Positions 12,890 to 29,508 of a stretch of 64,000 bases of DNA are shown piece after piece. Each line of letters opens with the position of its first letter. The stretch's first letter is position 1. Source of the DNA: Nemertoderma westbladi (lineage: Eukaryota > Animalia > Xenacoelomorpha); NCBI GenBank assembly GCA_032718475.1, contig JAUCBJ010005383.1:1-64000 (forward strand), in the 5' to 3' direction. Under the pieces are notes generated by a model, which had not been told where the DNA came from, did no database searches, and worked only from the letters and a program-made list of their open reading frames with translations. Both the position numbers and the translations under genes were made by a program.

Positions 12890-13454
12890 TCTAATCTACA
12901 TCTGATTGTTGTATTGTTATTGTTACATGGGCGTCCTAACTGGTGCAAACGGGAATAAGATATCATGTGACAGTTGAATAGATCTGCATATCGTCACTAC
13001 AGGGGGGAGAACACACAGAGAAACTGTATATCTATGTGTCCCGATATAAAATTTAATACAGATTTTGTTGTCATTAAAAGGAAAAATATTAAGGGGAACA
13101 CATTTTTTGGTTTAAATCCGTTCGAGTTGAACTCGAACTAACTCGAACTCAAAGGTACTTGCAATGAAAATTGAGGAAGCACGTCAACGGCTGTTGAACC
13201 AGCGCTATGCACGTGTTTCCGTCTTTCAGGCTTCATCACCAGGCTAACCATTTAACTTCACATGCCGCGCGAAGGCTCCACTTTGAGTACATATAAAGGG
13301 CTTCCACAATATGAGTGCAGCATATCAATCAATAATATAGTGCGATGGTATAATGTATAAATTAGCGGCTTATTAAACACGTAGTAATACGCAACGCATC
13401 ATTATTAAATAAGGAATACTGAGATACACATACTGTAGAATATTGCTTGAGTTA

Positions 13455-13641
13455 ATATACGGAAGTAATAACCTGAAGGGAATAAAACTGAATAATCACT
13501 GATGCCGTTCCAGAAGCAAATTAACCTGTATAATTACCGAGGCCGCACGCCGATGTTATTATGCTAGGTTAATTTAATGAAGGTTAAGACAGAAGTTATT
13601 ATTACAGTTTTATTAGTTTCAGGTTATTATTTCCGTATATT
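13455..13641. mobile_element. Small palindromic non-autonomous element
   Basis: AATATACGGAAGTAATAACCTGAA..AATAAAACTG is inverted against CAGTTTTATT..TTCAGGTTATTATTTCCGTATATT around a GC-rich centre. Confidence 0.5.
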
Positions 13642-13843
13642 TCAGTAATTCTAGATCATTCTAGTAGAACTAGAAGAAAAACGAAGAAAAACTTTTTCTT
13701 CCAAAGAAAAACAACTATATTTACTTTATTTGATTGAAGCATATATTATAGTATTATATAAAGTATTTTCAGTTTTATTATAAAGGATAGGTGAACGAAT
13801 CTTATAATGATCAATTTGATGTATTACCACCGGGTGGGCCAAT

Positions 13844-16800
13844 GAGGATAAAGACACCAACAGATAAACACTGTCGTACTTCGAGGATAACGGCACCAAC
13901 AGATAAACACTGTCGTACTTCGAGGATAAAGGCACCAACAGATAAATACTGTCGTACTTCGAGAATAAAGGCACCAACAGATAAACACTGTCGTACTTCG
14001 AGGATAAAGGCAACAACAGATAAACACTGTCGTACTTCGAGGATAAAGGCACCAACAGATAAACACTGTCGTACTTCGAGGATAAAGGCACCAACAGATA
14101 AACACTGTCGTACTTCGAGGATAAAGGCACCAACAGATAAACACTGTCGTACTTCGAGGATAACGGCACCAACAGATAAACACTGTCGCACTTCGAGAAT
14201 AACGGCACCAACAGATAAACACTGTCGTACTTCGAGGATAACGGCACCAACAGATAAACACTGTCATACTTCGAGGATAACGGCACCAACAGATAAACAC
14301 TGTCGCACTTCGAGAATAACGGCACCAACAGATAAACACTGTCGTACTTCGAGGATAACGGCACCAACAGATAAACACTGTCGTACTTCGAGGATAACGG
14401 CACCAACAGATAAACACTGTCGCACTTCGAGAATAACGGCACCAACAGATAAACACTGTCGTACTTCGAGGATAACGGCACCAACAGATAAACACTGTCG
14501 TACTTCGAGGATAACGGCACCAACAGATAAACACTGTCGCACTTCGAGGATAAAGGCACCAACAGATAAACACTGTCGTACTTTACTTCAAGGATAACGG
14601 CACCAACAGATAAACACTGTCGTACTTCAAGGATAACGGCACCAGCAGATAAACACTGTCGTACTTCGAGGATAACGGCACCAACAGATAAACACTGTCG
14701 TACTTCAAGGATAACGGCACCAACAGATAAACACTGTCGTACTTCGAGGATAACGGCACCAACAGATAAACACTGTCGCACTTCGAGGATAACGGCACCA
14801 ACAGATAAACACTGTCGCACTTCGAGGATAACGGCACCAACAGATAAACACTGTCGTACTTCGAGGATAACGGCACCAACAGATAAACACTGTCGTACTT
14901 CAAGGATAACGGCACCAACAGATAAACCCTGTCGCACTTCGAGGATAACGGCACCAACAGATAAACACTGTCGCACTTCGAGAATAACGGCACCAACAGA
15001 TAAACACTGTCGTACTTCGAGGATAACGGCACCAACAGATAAACACTGTCGTACTTCGAGGATAACGGCACCAACAGATAAACACTGTCGTACTTCGAGA
15101 ATGACGGCACCAACAGATAAACACTGTCGCATTTCAAGAATAACGGCACCAACAGATAAACACTGTCGCACTTCGAGAATAACGGCACCAACAGATAAAC
15201 ACTGTCGCACTTCGAGAATAACGGCACCAACAGATAAACACTGTCGCACTTCGAGAATAACGGCACCAACAGATAAACACTGTCGTACTTCGAGGATAAC
15301 GGCACCAACAGATAAACACTGTCGTACTTCGAGGATAACGGCACCAACAGATAAACACTGTCGCACTTCGAGAATAACGGCACCAACAGATAAACACTGT
15401 CACACTTCGAGAATAACGGCACCAACAGATAAACACTGTCGTACTTCGAGGATAACGGCACCAACAGATAAACACTGTCGCACTTCGAGAATAACGGCAC
15501 CAACAGATAAACACTGTCGTACTTTACTTCGAGGATAACGGCACCAACAGATAAACACTGTCATACTTCGAGGATAACAGCACCAACAGATAAACACTGT
15601 CGCACTTCGAGGATAACGGCACCAACAGATAAACACTGTCGCACTTCGAGAATAACGGCACCAACAGATAAACACTGTCGTACTTCGAGGATAACGGCAC
15701 CAACAGATAAACACTGTCATACTTCGAGGATAACGGCACCAACAGATAAACACTGTCGCACTTCGAGAATAACGGCACCAACAGATAAACACTGTCGTAC
15801 TTCGAGGATAACGGCACCAACAGATAAACACTGTCGTACTTCGAGGATAACGGCACCAACAGATAAACACTGTCGCACTTCGAGAATAATGGCACCAACA
15901 GATAAACACTGTCGTACTTCGAGGATAACGGCACCAACAGATAAACACTGTCGTACTTCGAGGATAACGGCACCAACAGATAAACACTGTCGCACTTCGA
16001 GGATAAAGGCACCAACAGATAAACACTGTCGTACTTTACTTCGAGGATAACGGCACCAACAGATAAACACTGTCGTACTTCAAGGATAACGGCACCAGCA
16101 GATAAACACTGTCGTACTTCGAGGATAACGGCACCAACAGATAAACACTGTCGTACTTCAAGGATAACGGCACCAACAGATAAACACTGTCGTACTTCGA
16201 GGATAACGGCACCAACAGATAAACACTGTCGCACTTCGAGGATAACGGCACCAACAGATAAACACTGTCGCACTTCGAGGATAACGGCACCAACAGATAA
16301 ACACTGTCGTACTTCGAGGATAACGGCACCAACAGATAAACACTGTCGTACTTCGAGGATAACGGCACCAACAGATAAACCCTGTCGCACTTCGAGGATA
16401 ACGGCACCAACAGATAAACACTGTCGCACTTCGAGAATAACGGCACCAACAGATAAACACTGTCGTACTTCGAGGATAACGGCACCAACAGATAAACACT
16501 GTCGTACTTCGAGGATAACGGCACCAACAGATAAACACTGTCGTACTTCGAGAATGACGGCACCAACAGATAAACACTGTCGCATTTCAAGAATAACGGC
16601 ACCAACAGATAAACACTGTCGCACTTCGAGAATAACGGCACCAACAGATAAGCACTGTCGCACTTCGAGAATAATGGCACCAACAGATAAACACTGTCGC
16701 ACTTCGAGAATAACGGCACCAACAGATAAACACTGTCGTACTTCGAGGATAACGGCACCAACAGATAAACACTGTCGTACTTCGAGGATAACGGCACCAA

Positions 16801-19800
16801 CAGATAAACACTGTCGCACTTCGAGAATAACGGCACCAACAGATAAACACCGTCACACTTCGAGAATAACGGCACCAACAGATAAACACTGTCGTACTTC
16901 GAGGATAACGGCACCAACAGATAAACACTGTCGCACTTCGAGAATAACGGCACCAACAGATAAACACTGTCGTACTTTACTTCGAGGATAACGGCACCAA
17001 CAGATAAACACTGTCATACTTCGAGGATAACGGCACCAACAGATAAACACTGTCGCACTTCGAGAATAATGGCACCAACAGATAAACACTGTCGCACTTC
17101 GAGAATAACGGCACCAACAGATAAACACTGTCGTACTTCGAGGATAACGGCACCAACAGATAAACACTGTCGTACTTCGAGGATAAAGGCACCAACAGAT
17201 AAATACTGTCGTACTTCGAGAATAAAGGCACCAACAGATAAACACTGTCGTACTTCGAGGATAAAGGCAACAACAGATAAACACTGTCGTACTTCGAGGA
17301 TAAAGGCACCAACAGATAAACACTGTCGTACTTCGAGGATAAAGGCACCAACAGATAAACACTGTCGTACTTCGAGGATAAAGGCACCAACAGATAAACA
17401 CTGTCGTACTTCGAGGATAACGGCACCAACAGATAAACACTGTCGCACTTCGAGAATAACGGCACCAACAGATAAACACTGTCGCACTTCGAGAATAACG
17501 GCACCAACAGATAAACACTGTCGTACTTTACTTCGAGGATAACGGCACCAACAGATAAACACTGTCATACTTCGAGGATAACAGCACCAACAGATAAACA
17601 CTGTCGCACTTCGAGGATAACGGCACCAACAGATAAACACTGTCGCACTTCGAGAATAACGGCACCAACAGATAAACACTGTCGTACTTCGAGGATAACG
17701 GCACCAACAGATAAACACTGTCATACTTCGAGGATAACGGCACCAACAGATAAACACTGTCGCACTTCGAGAATAACGGCACCAACAGATAAACACTGTC
17801 GCATTTCAAGAATAACGGCACCAACAGATAAACACTGTCGCACTTCGAGGATAACGGCACCAACAGATAAACACTGTCGCACTTCGAGAATAACGGCACC
17901 AACAGATAAACACTGTCGCACTTCGAGAATAACGGCACCAACAGATAAACACTGTCGTACTTCGAGGATAACGGCACCAACAGATAAACACTGTCGTACT
18001 TCGAGGATAACGGCACCAACAGATAAACACTGTCGCACTTCGAGAATAACGGCACCAACAGATAAACACTGTCACACTTCGAGAATAACGGCACCAACAG
18101 ATAAACACTGTCATACTTCGAGGATAACGGCACCAACAGATAAACACTGTCGCACTTCGAGAATAACGGCACCAACAGATAAACACTGTCGTACTTTACT
18201 TCGAGGATAACGGCACCAACAGATAAACACTGTCATACTTCGAGGATAACGGCACCAACAGATAAACACTGTCGCACTTCGAGGATAACGGCACCAACAG
18301 ATAAACACTGTCGCACTTCGAGAATAACGGCACCAACAGATAAACACTGTCGTACTTCGAGGATAACGGCACCAACAGATAAACACTGTCATACTTCGAG
18401 GATAACGGCACCAACAGATAAACACTGTCGCACTTCGAGAATAACGGCACCAACAGATAAACACTGTCGTACTTCGAGGATAACGGCACCAACAGATAAA
18501 CACTGTCGTACTTCGAGGATAACGGCACCAACAGATAAACACTGTCGCACTTCGAGAATAACGGCACCAACAGATAAACACTGTCGTACTTCGAGGATAA
18601 CGGCACCAACAGATAAACACTGTCGTACTTCGAGGATAACGGCACCAACAGATAAACACTGTCGCACTTCGAGGATAAAGGCACCAACAGATAAACACTG
18701 TCGTACTTTACTTCGAGGATAACGGCACCAACAGATAAACACTGTCGTACTTCAAGGATAACGGCGCCAGCAGATAAACACTGTCGTACTTCGAGGATAA
18801 CGGCACCAACAGATAAACACTGTCGTACTTCAAGGATAACGGCACCAACAGATAAACACTGTCGTACTTCGAGGATAACGGCACCAACAGATAAACACTG
18901 TCGCACTTCGAGGATAACGGCACCAACAGATAAACACTGTCGCACTTCGAGGATAACGGCACCAACAGATAAACACTGTCGTACTTCGAGGATAACGGCA
19001 CCAACAGATAAACACTGTCGTACTTCGAGGATAACGGCACCAACAGATAAACCCTGTCGCACTTCGAGGATAACGGCACCAACAGATAAACACTGTCGCA
19101 CTTCGAGAATAACGGCACCAACAGATAAACACTGTCGTACTTCGAGGATAATGGCACCAACAGATAAACACTGTCGTACTTCGAGGATAACGGCACCAAC
19201 AGATAAACACTGTCGTACTTCGAGAATGACGGCACCAACAGATAAACACTGTCGCATTTCAAGAATAACAGCACCAACAGATAAACACTGTCGCACTTCG
19301 AGAATAACGGCACCAACAGATAAACACTGTCGCACTTCGAGAATAACGGCACCAACAGATAAACACTGTCGCACTTCGAGAATAACGGCACCAACAGATA
19401 AACACTGTCGTACTTCGAGGATAACGGCACCAACAGATAAACACTGTCGTACTTCGAGGATAACGGCACCAACAGATAAACACTGTCGCACTTCGAGAAT
19501 AACGGCACCAACAGATAAACACTGTCACACTTCGAGAATAACGGCACCAACAGATAAACACTGTCGTACTTCGAGGATAACGGCACCAACAGATAAACAC
19601 TGTCGCACTTCGAGAATAACGGCACCAACAGATAAACACTGTCGTACTTTACTTCGAGGATAACGGCACCAACAGATAAACACTGTCATACTTCAAGGAT
19701 AACGGCACCAACAGATAAATACTGTCGCACTTCGAGAATAATGGCACCAACAGATAAACACTGTCGCACTTCGAGAATAACGGCACCAACAGATAAACAC

Positions 19801-22800
19801 TGTCGTACTTCGAGGATACCGGCACCAACAGATAAACACTGTCGTACTTCGAGGATAACGGCACCAACAGATAAACACTGTCGTACTTCGAGGATAACGG
19901 CATCAACAGATAAACACTGTCGTACTTCGAGGAAAAAGGCACCAACAGATAAACACTGTCGCACTTCGAGAATAACGGCACCAACAGATAAACACTGTCG
20001 TACTTCAAGGATAACGGCACCAACAGATAAACACTGTCGCACTTCGAGAATAACGGCACCAACAGATAAACACTGTCGTTCTTCGAGGATAACGGCACCA
20101 ACAGATAAACACTGTCGCACTTCGAGAATAACGGCACCAACAAATAAACACTGTCGTACTTCGAGGATAACGGCACCAACAGATAAACACTGTCGCACTT
20201 CGAGAATAACGGCACCAACAGATAAACACTGTCGTACTTCGAGGATAACGGCACCAACAGATAAACACTGTCGTACTTCGAGGATAAAGGCACCAACAGA
20301 TAAACACTGTCGTACTTCGAGGATAAAGGCACCAACAGATAAACACTGTCGTACTTCGAGGATAACGGCACCAACAGATAAACACTGTCGTACTTCGAGG
20401 ATAAAGGCACCAGCAGATAAACACTGTCGCACTTCGAGAATAACGGCACCAACAGATAAACACTGTCGTACTTCGAGGATAAAGGCACCAACAGATAAAC
20501 ACTGTCGTACTTCGAGGATAAAGGCACCAGCAGATAAACACTGTCGCACTTCAAGAATAACGGCACCAACAGATAAACACTGTCGTACTTCGAGGATAAA
20601 GGCACCAACAGATAAACACTGTCGTACTTCGAGGATAACGGCACCAACAGATAAATACTGTCGTACTTCGAGAATAAAGGCACCAACAGGTAAACACTGT
20701 CGTACTTCGAGGATAAAGGAACCAACAGATAAACACTGTCGTACTTCGAGATAAAGGCACCAACAGATAAACACTGTCGTACTTCGAGGATAAAGGCACC
20801 AACAGATAAACACTGTCGCACTTCGAGAATAACGGCACCAACAGATAAACACTGTCGTACTTCGAGGATAACGGCACCAACAGATAAACACTGTCGTACT
20901 TCGAGGATAAAGGCACCAACAGATAAACACTGTCGCACTTCGAGAATAACGGCACCAACAGATAAACACTGTCGTACTTCGAGGATAACGGCACCAACAG
21001 ATAAACACTGTTGTACTTCGAGGATAACGGCACCAACAGATAAACACTGTTGTACTTCGAGGATAACGGCACCAACAGATAAACACTGTCGCACTTCGAG
21101 AATAACGGCACCAACAGATAAACACTGTCATACTTCGAGGATAACGGCACCAACAGATAAACACTGTCGTACTTCGAGGATAACGGCACCAACAGATAAA
21201 CACTGTCGCACTTCGAGAGTAACGGCACCAACAGATAAACACTGTCGCACTTCGAGAATAATGGCACCAACAGATAAACACTGTCGTACTTCGAGGATAA
21301 CGGCACCAACAGATAAACACTGTCGTACTTCGAGGATAATGGCACCAACAGATAAACACTGTCGCACTTCGAGAATAAAGGCACCAACAGATAAACACTG
21401 TCGTACTTCGAGGATAACGGCACCAACAGATAAACACTGTCGTACTTCGAGGATAAAGGCACCAACAGATAAACACTGTCGTACTTCGAGGATAACGGCA
21501 CCAACAGATAAACACTGTCGTACTTCGAGGATAACGGCACCAACAGATAAACACTGTCGCACTTCGAGAATAACGGCACCAACAGATAAACACTGTCGTA
21601 CTTCGAGGATAACGGCAGCAACAGATAAACACTGTCGCACTTCGAGAATAATGGCACCAACAGATAAACACTGTCATACTTTACTTCGAGGATAACGGCA
21701 CCAACAGATAAACACTGTCGTACTTTGAGGATAACGGCACCAACAGATAAACACTGTCGCACTTCGAGAATAACGGCACCAACAGATAAACACTGTCGCA
21801 CTTCGAGAATAACGGCGCCAACAGATAAACACTGTCGTACTTCGAGGATAACGGCACCAACAGATAAACACTGTCGTACTTCGAGGATAACGGCACCAAC
21901 AGATAAACACTGTCGTACTTCGAGAATGACGGCACCAACAGATAAACACTGTCGCACTTCGAGAATAACGGCACCAACAGATAAACACTGTCGCCCTTCG
22001 AGAATAATGGCACCAACAGATAAACACTGTCGTACTTCGAGGATAAAGGCACCAACAGATAAACACTGTCGTACTTCGAGGATAAAGGCACCAACAGATA
22101 AACACTGTCGTACTTCGAGGATAACGGCACCAACAGATAAACACTGTCGCACTTCGAGAATAAAGGCACCAACAGATAAACTCTGTCGTACTTCGAGGAT
22201 AACGGCACCAACAGATAAACACTGTCGTACTTCGAGGATAATGGCACCAACAGATAAACACTGTCGTACTTCGAGGATAACGGCACCAACAGATAAACAC
22301 TGTCGTACTTCGAGTATAACGGCACCAACAGATAAACACTGTCGTACTTCGAGGATAACGGCACCAACAGATAAACACTGTCGTACTTCGAGGATAACAG
22401 CACCAACAGATAAACACTGTCGTACTTCGAGGATAAAGGCACCAACAGATAAACACTGTCGTACTTCAAGGATAAAGGCACCAACAGATAAACACTGTCG
22501 TACTTCGAGGATAAGGGCACCAACAGATAAACACTGTCGTACTTCGAGGATAAAGGCACCAACAGATAAACACTGTCGCACTTCGAGAATAACCGCACCA
22601 ACAGATAAACACTGTCGTACTTCGAGGATAACGGCACCAACAGATAAACACAATCGTACTTCGAGAATAAAGGCACCAACAGATAAACACTGTCGTACTT
22701 CGAGGATAACGGCACAAACACTGTCGTACTTCGAGGATAACGGCACCAACAGATAAACACTGTCATACTTCGAGAATAACGGCACCAACAGATAAACACT

Positions 22801-25800
22801 GTCGTACTTCGAGGATAACGGCACCAACAGATAAACACTATCGTACTTCGAGAATAAAGGCACCAACAGATAAACACTGTCGCACTTCGAGAATAACGGC
22901 ACCAACAGATAAACACTGTCGCCCTTCGAGAATAATGGCACCAACAGATAAACACTGTCGTACTTCGAGGATAAAGGCACCAACAGATAAACACTGTCGT
23001 ACTTCGAGGATAAAGGCACCAACAGATAAACACTGTCGTACTTCGAGGATAACGGCACCAACAGATAAACACTGTCGCACTTCGAGAATAAAGGCACCAA
23101 CAGATAAACACTGTCGTACTTCGAGGATAACGGCACCAACAGATAAACACTGTCGTACTTCGAGGATAATGGCACCAACAGATAAACACTGTCGTACTTC
23201 GAGGATAACGGCACCAACAGATAAACACTGTCGTACTTCGAGGATAACGGCACCAACAGATAAACACTGTCGTACTTCGAGGATAACGGCACCAACAGAT
23301 AAACACTGTCGTACTTCGAGGATAACGGCACCAACAGATAAACACTGTCGTACTTCGAGGATAAAGGCACCAACAGATAAACACTGTCGTACTTCGAGGA
23401 TAAAGGCACCAACAGATAAACACTGTCGTACTTCGAGGATAAGGGCACCAACAGATAAACACTGTCGTACTTCGAGGATAAAGGCACCAACAGATAAACA
23501 CTGTCGTACTTCGAGGATAAAGGCACCAACAGATAAACACTGTCGTACTTCGAGGATAAAGGCACCAACAGATAAACACTGTCGTACTTCGAGGATAACA
23601 GCACCAACAGATAAACACTGTCATACTTCGAGGATAACGGCACCAACAGATAAACACTGTCGCACTTCGAGAATAACGGCACCAACAGATAAACACTGTC
23701 GTACTTCGAGGATAACGGCAGCAACAGATAAACACTGTCGCACTTCGAGAATAATGGCACCAACAGATAAACACTGTCATACTTTACTTCGAGGATAACG
23801 GCACCAACAGATAAACACTGTCGTACATTGAGGATAACGGCACCAACAGATAAACACTGTCGCACTTCGAGAATAACGGCACCAACAGATAAACACTGTC
23901 GCACTTCGAGAATAACGGCGCCAACAGATAAACACTGTCGTACTTCGAGGATAACGGCACCAACAGATAAACACTGTCGTACTTCGAGGATAACGGCACC
24001 AACAGATAAACACTGTCGTACTTCGAGAATGACGGCACCAACAGATAAACACTGTCACACTTCGAGAATAACGGCACCAACAGATAAACACTGTCGCCCT
24101 TCGAGAATAATGGCACCAACAGATAAACACTGTCGTACTTCGAGGATAAAGGCACCAACAGATAAACACTGTCGTACTTCGAGGATAATGGCACCAACAG
24201 ATAAACACTGTCGTACTTCGAGGATAACGGCACCAACAGATAAACACTGTCGTACTTCGAGTATAACGGCACCAACAGATAAACACTGTCGTACTTTGAG
24301 GATAACGGCACCAACAGATAAACACTGTCGTACTTCGAGGATAACGGCACCAACAGATAAACACTGTCGTACTTCGAGGATAAAGGCACCAACAGATAAA
24401 CACTGTCGTACTTCGAGGATAAAGGCACCAACAGATAAACACTGTCGTACTTCGAGGATAAGGGCACCAACAGATAAACACTGTCGTACTTCGAGGATAA
24501 AGGCACCAACAGATAAACACTGTCGCACTTCGAGAATAACGGCACCAACAGATAAACACTGTCGTACTTCGAGGATAACGGCACCAACAGATAAACACTA
24601 TCGTACTTCGAGAATAAAGGCACCAACAGATAAACACTGTCGTACTTCGAGGATAACGGCACAAACACTGTCGTACTTCGAGGATAACGGCACCAACAGA
24701 TAAACACTGTCATACTTCGAGAATAACGGCACCAACAGATAAACACTGTCGTACTTCGAGGATAACGGCACCAACAGATAAACACTATCGTACTTCGAGA
24801 ATAAAGGCACCAACAGATAAACACTGTCGTACTTCGAGGATAACGGCACCAACAGATAAACACTGTCGTACTTCGAGGATAACGGCACCAACAGATAAAC
24901 ACTATCGTACTTCGAGAATAAAGGCACCAACAGATGAACACTGTCGTACTTCGAGGATGACGGCACCAACAGATAAACACTGTCGTACTTCGAGGATAAC
25001 GGCACCAACAGATAAACACTGTCATACTTCGAGAATAACGGCACCAACAGATAAACACTGTCGTACTTCGAGGATAACGGCACCAACAGATAAACACTAT
25101 CGTACTTCGAGAATAAAGGCACCAACAGATAAACACTGTCGTACTTCGAGGATAACGGCACCAACAGATAATCACTGTCGTACTTCGAGGATAAAGGCAC
25201 CAACAGATAAACACTGTCGTACTTTGAGGATAACGGCACCAACAGATAAACACTGTCGTACTTCGAGGATAAAGGCACCAACAGATAAACACTGTCGTAC
25301 TTCGAGGATAAAGGCACCAACAGATAAACACTGTCGTACTTCGAGGATAAAGGCACCAACAGATAAACACTGTCGTACTTCGAGGATAATGGCACCAACA
25401 GATAAACACTGTCGTACTTCGAGGATAACGGCACCAACAGATAAACACTGTCGTACTTCGAGGATAACGGCACCAACAGATAAACACTGTCGTACTTCAA
25501 GGATAACGGCACCAACAGATAAACACTGTCATACTTCGAGGATAACGGCACCAACAGATAAACACTGTCGTACTTCGAGGATAAAGGCACCAACAGATAA
25601 ACACTGTCGTACTTCGAGGATAACGGCACCAACAGATAAACACTGTCGAACTTCGAGGATAAAGGCACCAACAGATAAACACTGTCGTACTTCGAGGATA
25701 AAGGCACCAACAGATAAACACTGTCGTACTTCGAGGATAATGGCACCAACAGATAAACACTGTCGTACTTCGAGGATAACGGCACCAACAGATAAACACT

Positions 25801-28800
25801 GTCGTACTTCGAGGATAAAGGCACCAACAGATAAACACTGTCGTACTTCGAGGATAAAGGCACCAACAGATAAACACTGTCGTACTTCGAGGATAAAGGC
25901 ACCAACGGATAAACACTGTCATACTTCGAGGATAAAGGCACCAACAGATAAACACTGTCGTACTTCGAGGATAACGGCACCAACAGATAAACACTGTCGC
26001 ACTTCGAGAATAACGGCACCAACAGATAAACACTGTCGTACTTCGAGGATAACGGCACCAACAGATAAACACTGTCGTACTTCGAGGATAAAGGCACCAA
26101 CAGATAAACACTGTCGTACTTCGAGGATAAAGGCACCAACAGATAAACACTGTCGTACTTCGAGGATAACGGCACCAACAGATAAACACTGTCATACTTC
26201 GAGGATAAAGGCACCAACAGATAAACACTGTCGTACTTCGAGGATAAAGGCACCAACAGATAAACACTGTCGTACTTCGAGGATAACTGCACCAACAGAT
26301 AAACACTGTCGCACTTCGAGAATAACGGCACCAACAGATAAACACTGTCGTACTTCGAGGATAACGGCACCAACAGATAAACACTGTCGTACTTCGAGGA
26401 TAAAGGCACCAACAGATAAACACTGTCGTACTTCGAGGATAAAGGCACCAACAGATAAACACTGTCGTACTTCGAGGATAAAGGCACCAACAGATAAACA
26501 CTGTCGCACTTCGAGAATAACGGCACCAACAGATAAACACTGTCGTACTTCGAGGATAACGGCACCAACAGATAAACACTATCGTACTTCGAGAATAAAG
26601 GCACCAACAGATAAACACTGTCGTACTTCGAGGATAACGGCACAAACACTGTCGTACTTCGAGGATAACGGCACCAACAGATAAACACTGTCATACTTCG
26701 AGAATAACGGCACCAACAGATAAACACTGTCGTACTTCGAGGATAATGGCACCAACAGATAAACACTATCGTACTTCGAGAATAAAGGCACCAACAGATA
26801 AACACTGTCGTACTTCGAGGATAACGGCACCAACAGATAAACACTGTCGTACTTCGAGGATAAAGGCACCAACAGATAAACACTGTCGTACTTCGAGGAT
26901 AACGGCACCAACAGATAAACACTGTCGTACTTCGAGGATAAAGGCACCAACAGATAAACACTGTCGTACTTCGAGGATAACGGCACCAACAGATAAACAC
27001 TGTCGAACTTCGAGGATAAAGGCACCAACAGATAAACACTGTCGTACTTCGAGGATAAAGGCACCAACAGATAAACACTGTCGTACTTCGAGGATAATGG
27101 CACCAACAGATAAACACTGTCGTACTTCGAGGATAACGGCACCAACAGATAAACACTGTCGTACTTCGAGGATAAAGGCACCAACAGATAAACACTGTCG
27201 TACTTCGAGGATAAAGGCACCAACAGATAAACACTGTCGTACTTCGAGGATAAAGGCACCAACGGATAAACACTGTCATACTTCGAGGATAAAGGCACCA
27301 ACAGATAAACACTGTCGTACTTCGAGGATAACGGCACCAACAGATAAACACTGTCGCACTTCGAGAATAACGGCACCAACAGATAAACACTGTCGTACTT
27401 CGAGGATAACGGCACCAACAGATAAACACTGTCGTACTTCGAGGATAAAGGCACCAACGGATAAACACTGTCGTACTTCGAGGATAAAGGCACCAACAGA
27501 TAAACACTGTCGTACTTCGAGGATAACGGCACCAACAGATAAACACTGTCGTACTTCGAGGATAAAGGCACCAACAGATAAACACTGTCGTACTTCGAGG
27601 ATAAAGGCACCAACAGATAAACACTGTCGTACTTCGAGGATAACGGCACCAACAGATAAACACTGTCGCACTTCGAGAATAACGGCACCAACAGATAAAC
27701 ACTGTCGTACTTCGAGGATAACGGCACCAACAGATAAACACTGTCGTACTTCGAGGATAAAGGCACCAACAGATAAACACTGTCGTACTTCGAGGATAAA
27801 GGCACCAACAGATAAACACTGTCGTACTTCGAGGATAAAGGCACCAACAGATAAACACTGTCGCACTTCGAGAATAACGGCACCAACAGATAAACACTGT
27901 CGTACTTCGAGGATAACGGCACCAACAGATAAACACTATCGTACTTCGAGAATAAAGGCACCAACAGATAAACACTGTCGTACTTCGAGGATAACGGCAC
28001 AAACACTGTCGTACTTCGAGGATAACGGCACCAACAGATAAACACTGTCATACTTCGAGAATAACGGCACCAACAGATAAACACTGTCGTACTTCGAGGA
28101 CAATGGCACCAACAGATAAACACTATCGTACTTCGAGAATAAAGGCACCAACAGATAAACACTGTCGTACTTCGAGGATAACGGCACCAACAGATAAACA
28201 CTGTCGTACTTCGAGGATAAAGGCACCAACAGATAAACACTGTCGTACTTCGAGGATAACGGCACCAACAGATAAACACTGTCGTACTTCGAGGATAAAG
28301 GCACCAACAGATAAACACTGTCGTACTTCGAGGATAAAGGCACCAACAGATAAACACTGTCGTACTTCGAGGATAAAGGCACCAACAGATAAACACTGTC
28401 GTACTTCGAGGATAATGGCACCAACAGATAAACACTGTCGTACTTCGAGGATAACGGCACCAACAGATAAACACTGTCGTACTTCGAGGATAACGGCACC
28501 AACAGATAAACACTGTCGTACTTCAAGGATAACGGCACCAACAGATAAACACTGTCGTACTTCGAGGATAACGGCACCAACAGATAAACACTGTCGTACT
28601 TCGAGGATAAAGGCACCAACAGATAAACACTGTCGTACTTCGAGGATAACGGCACCAACAGATAAACACTGTCGAACTTCGAGGATAAAGGCACCAACAG
28701 ATAAACACTGTCGTACTTCGAGGATAAAGGCACCAACAGATAAACACTGTCGTACTTCGAGGATAATGGCACCAACAGATAAACACTGTCGTACTTCGAG

Positions 28801-29508
28801 GATAACGGCACCAACAGATAAACACTGTCGTACTTCGAGGATAAAGGCACCAACAGATAAACACTGTCGTACTTCGAGGATAAAGGCACCAACAGATAAA
28901 CACTGTCGTACTTCGAGGATAAAGGCACCAACGGATAAACACTGTCGTACTTCGAGGATAAAGGCACCAACAGATAAACACTGTCGTACTTCGAGGATAA
29001 CGGCACCAACAGATAAACACTGTCGCACTTCGAGAATAACGGCACCAACAGATAAACACTGTCGTACTTCGAGGATAACGGCACCAACAGATAAACACTG
29101 TCGTACTTCGAGGATAAAGGCACCAACGGATAAACACTGTCGTACTTCGAGGATAAAGGCACCAACAGATAAACACTGTCGTACTTCGAGGATAATGGCA
29201 CCAACAGATAAACACTGTCGTACTTCGAGGATAAAGGCACCAACAGATAAACACTGTCGTACTTCGAGGATAAAGGCACCAACAGATAAACACTGTCGTA
29301 CTTCGAGGATAACGGCACCAACAGATAAACACTGTCGCACTTCGAGAATAACGACACCAACAGATAAACACTGTCGTACTTCGGGGATAACGGCACCAAC
29401 AGATAAACACTGTCATACTTCGAGGATAAAGGCACCAACAGATAAACACTGTCGTACTTCGAGGATAACGGCACCAACAGATAAACACTGTCGTACTTCG
29501 AGGATAAC
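13844..29508. repeat. Large satellite array, 39-bp unit, ~400 copies, with higher-order block duplications
   Basis: Unit GAG(G/A)ATAA(C/A)GGCACCAACAGATAAACACTGTCG(T/C)ACTTC over 15.7 kb; recurrent +5-bp and -10-bp variant units. Confidence 0.99.

Noticed and set aside
13205-13250. Second hammerhead-like motif on the minus strand (GTGATGA..GAAACACGT)
   Set aside because: The core C is missing, the cleavage triplet is wrong and stem I does not pair; at most a decayed relic.
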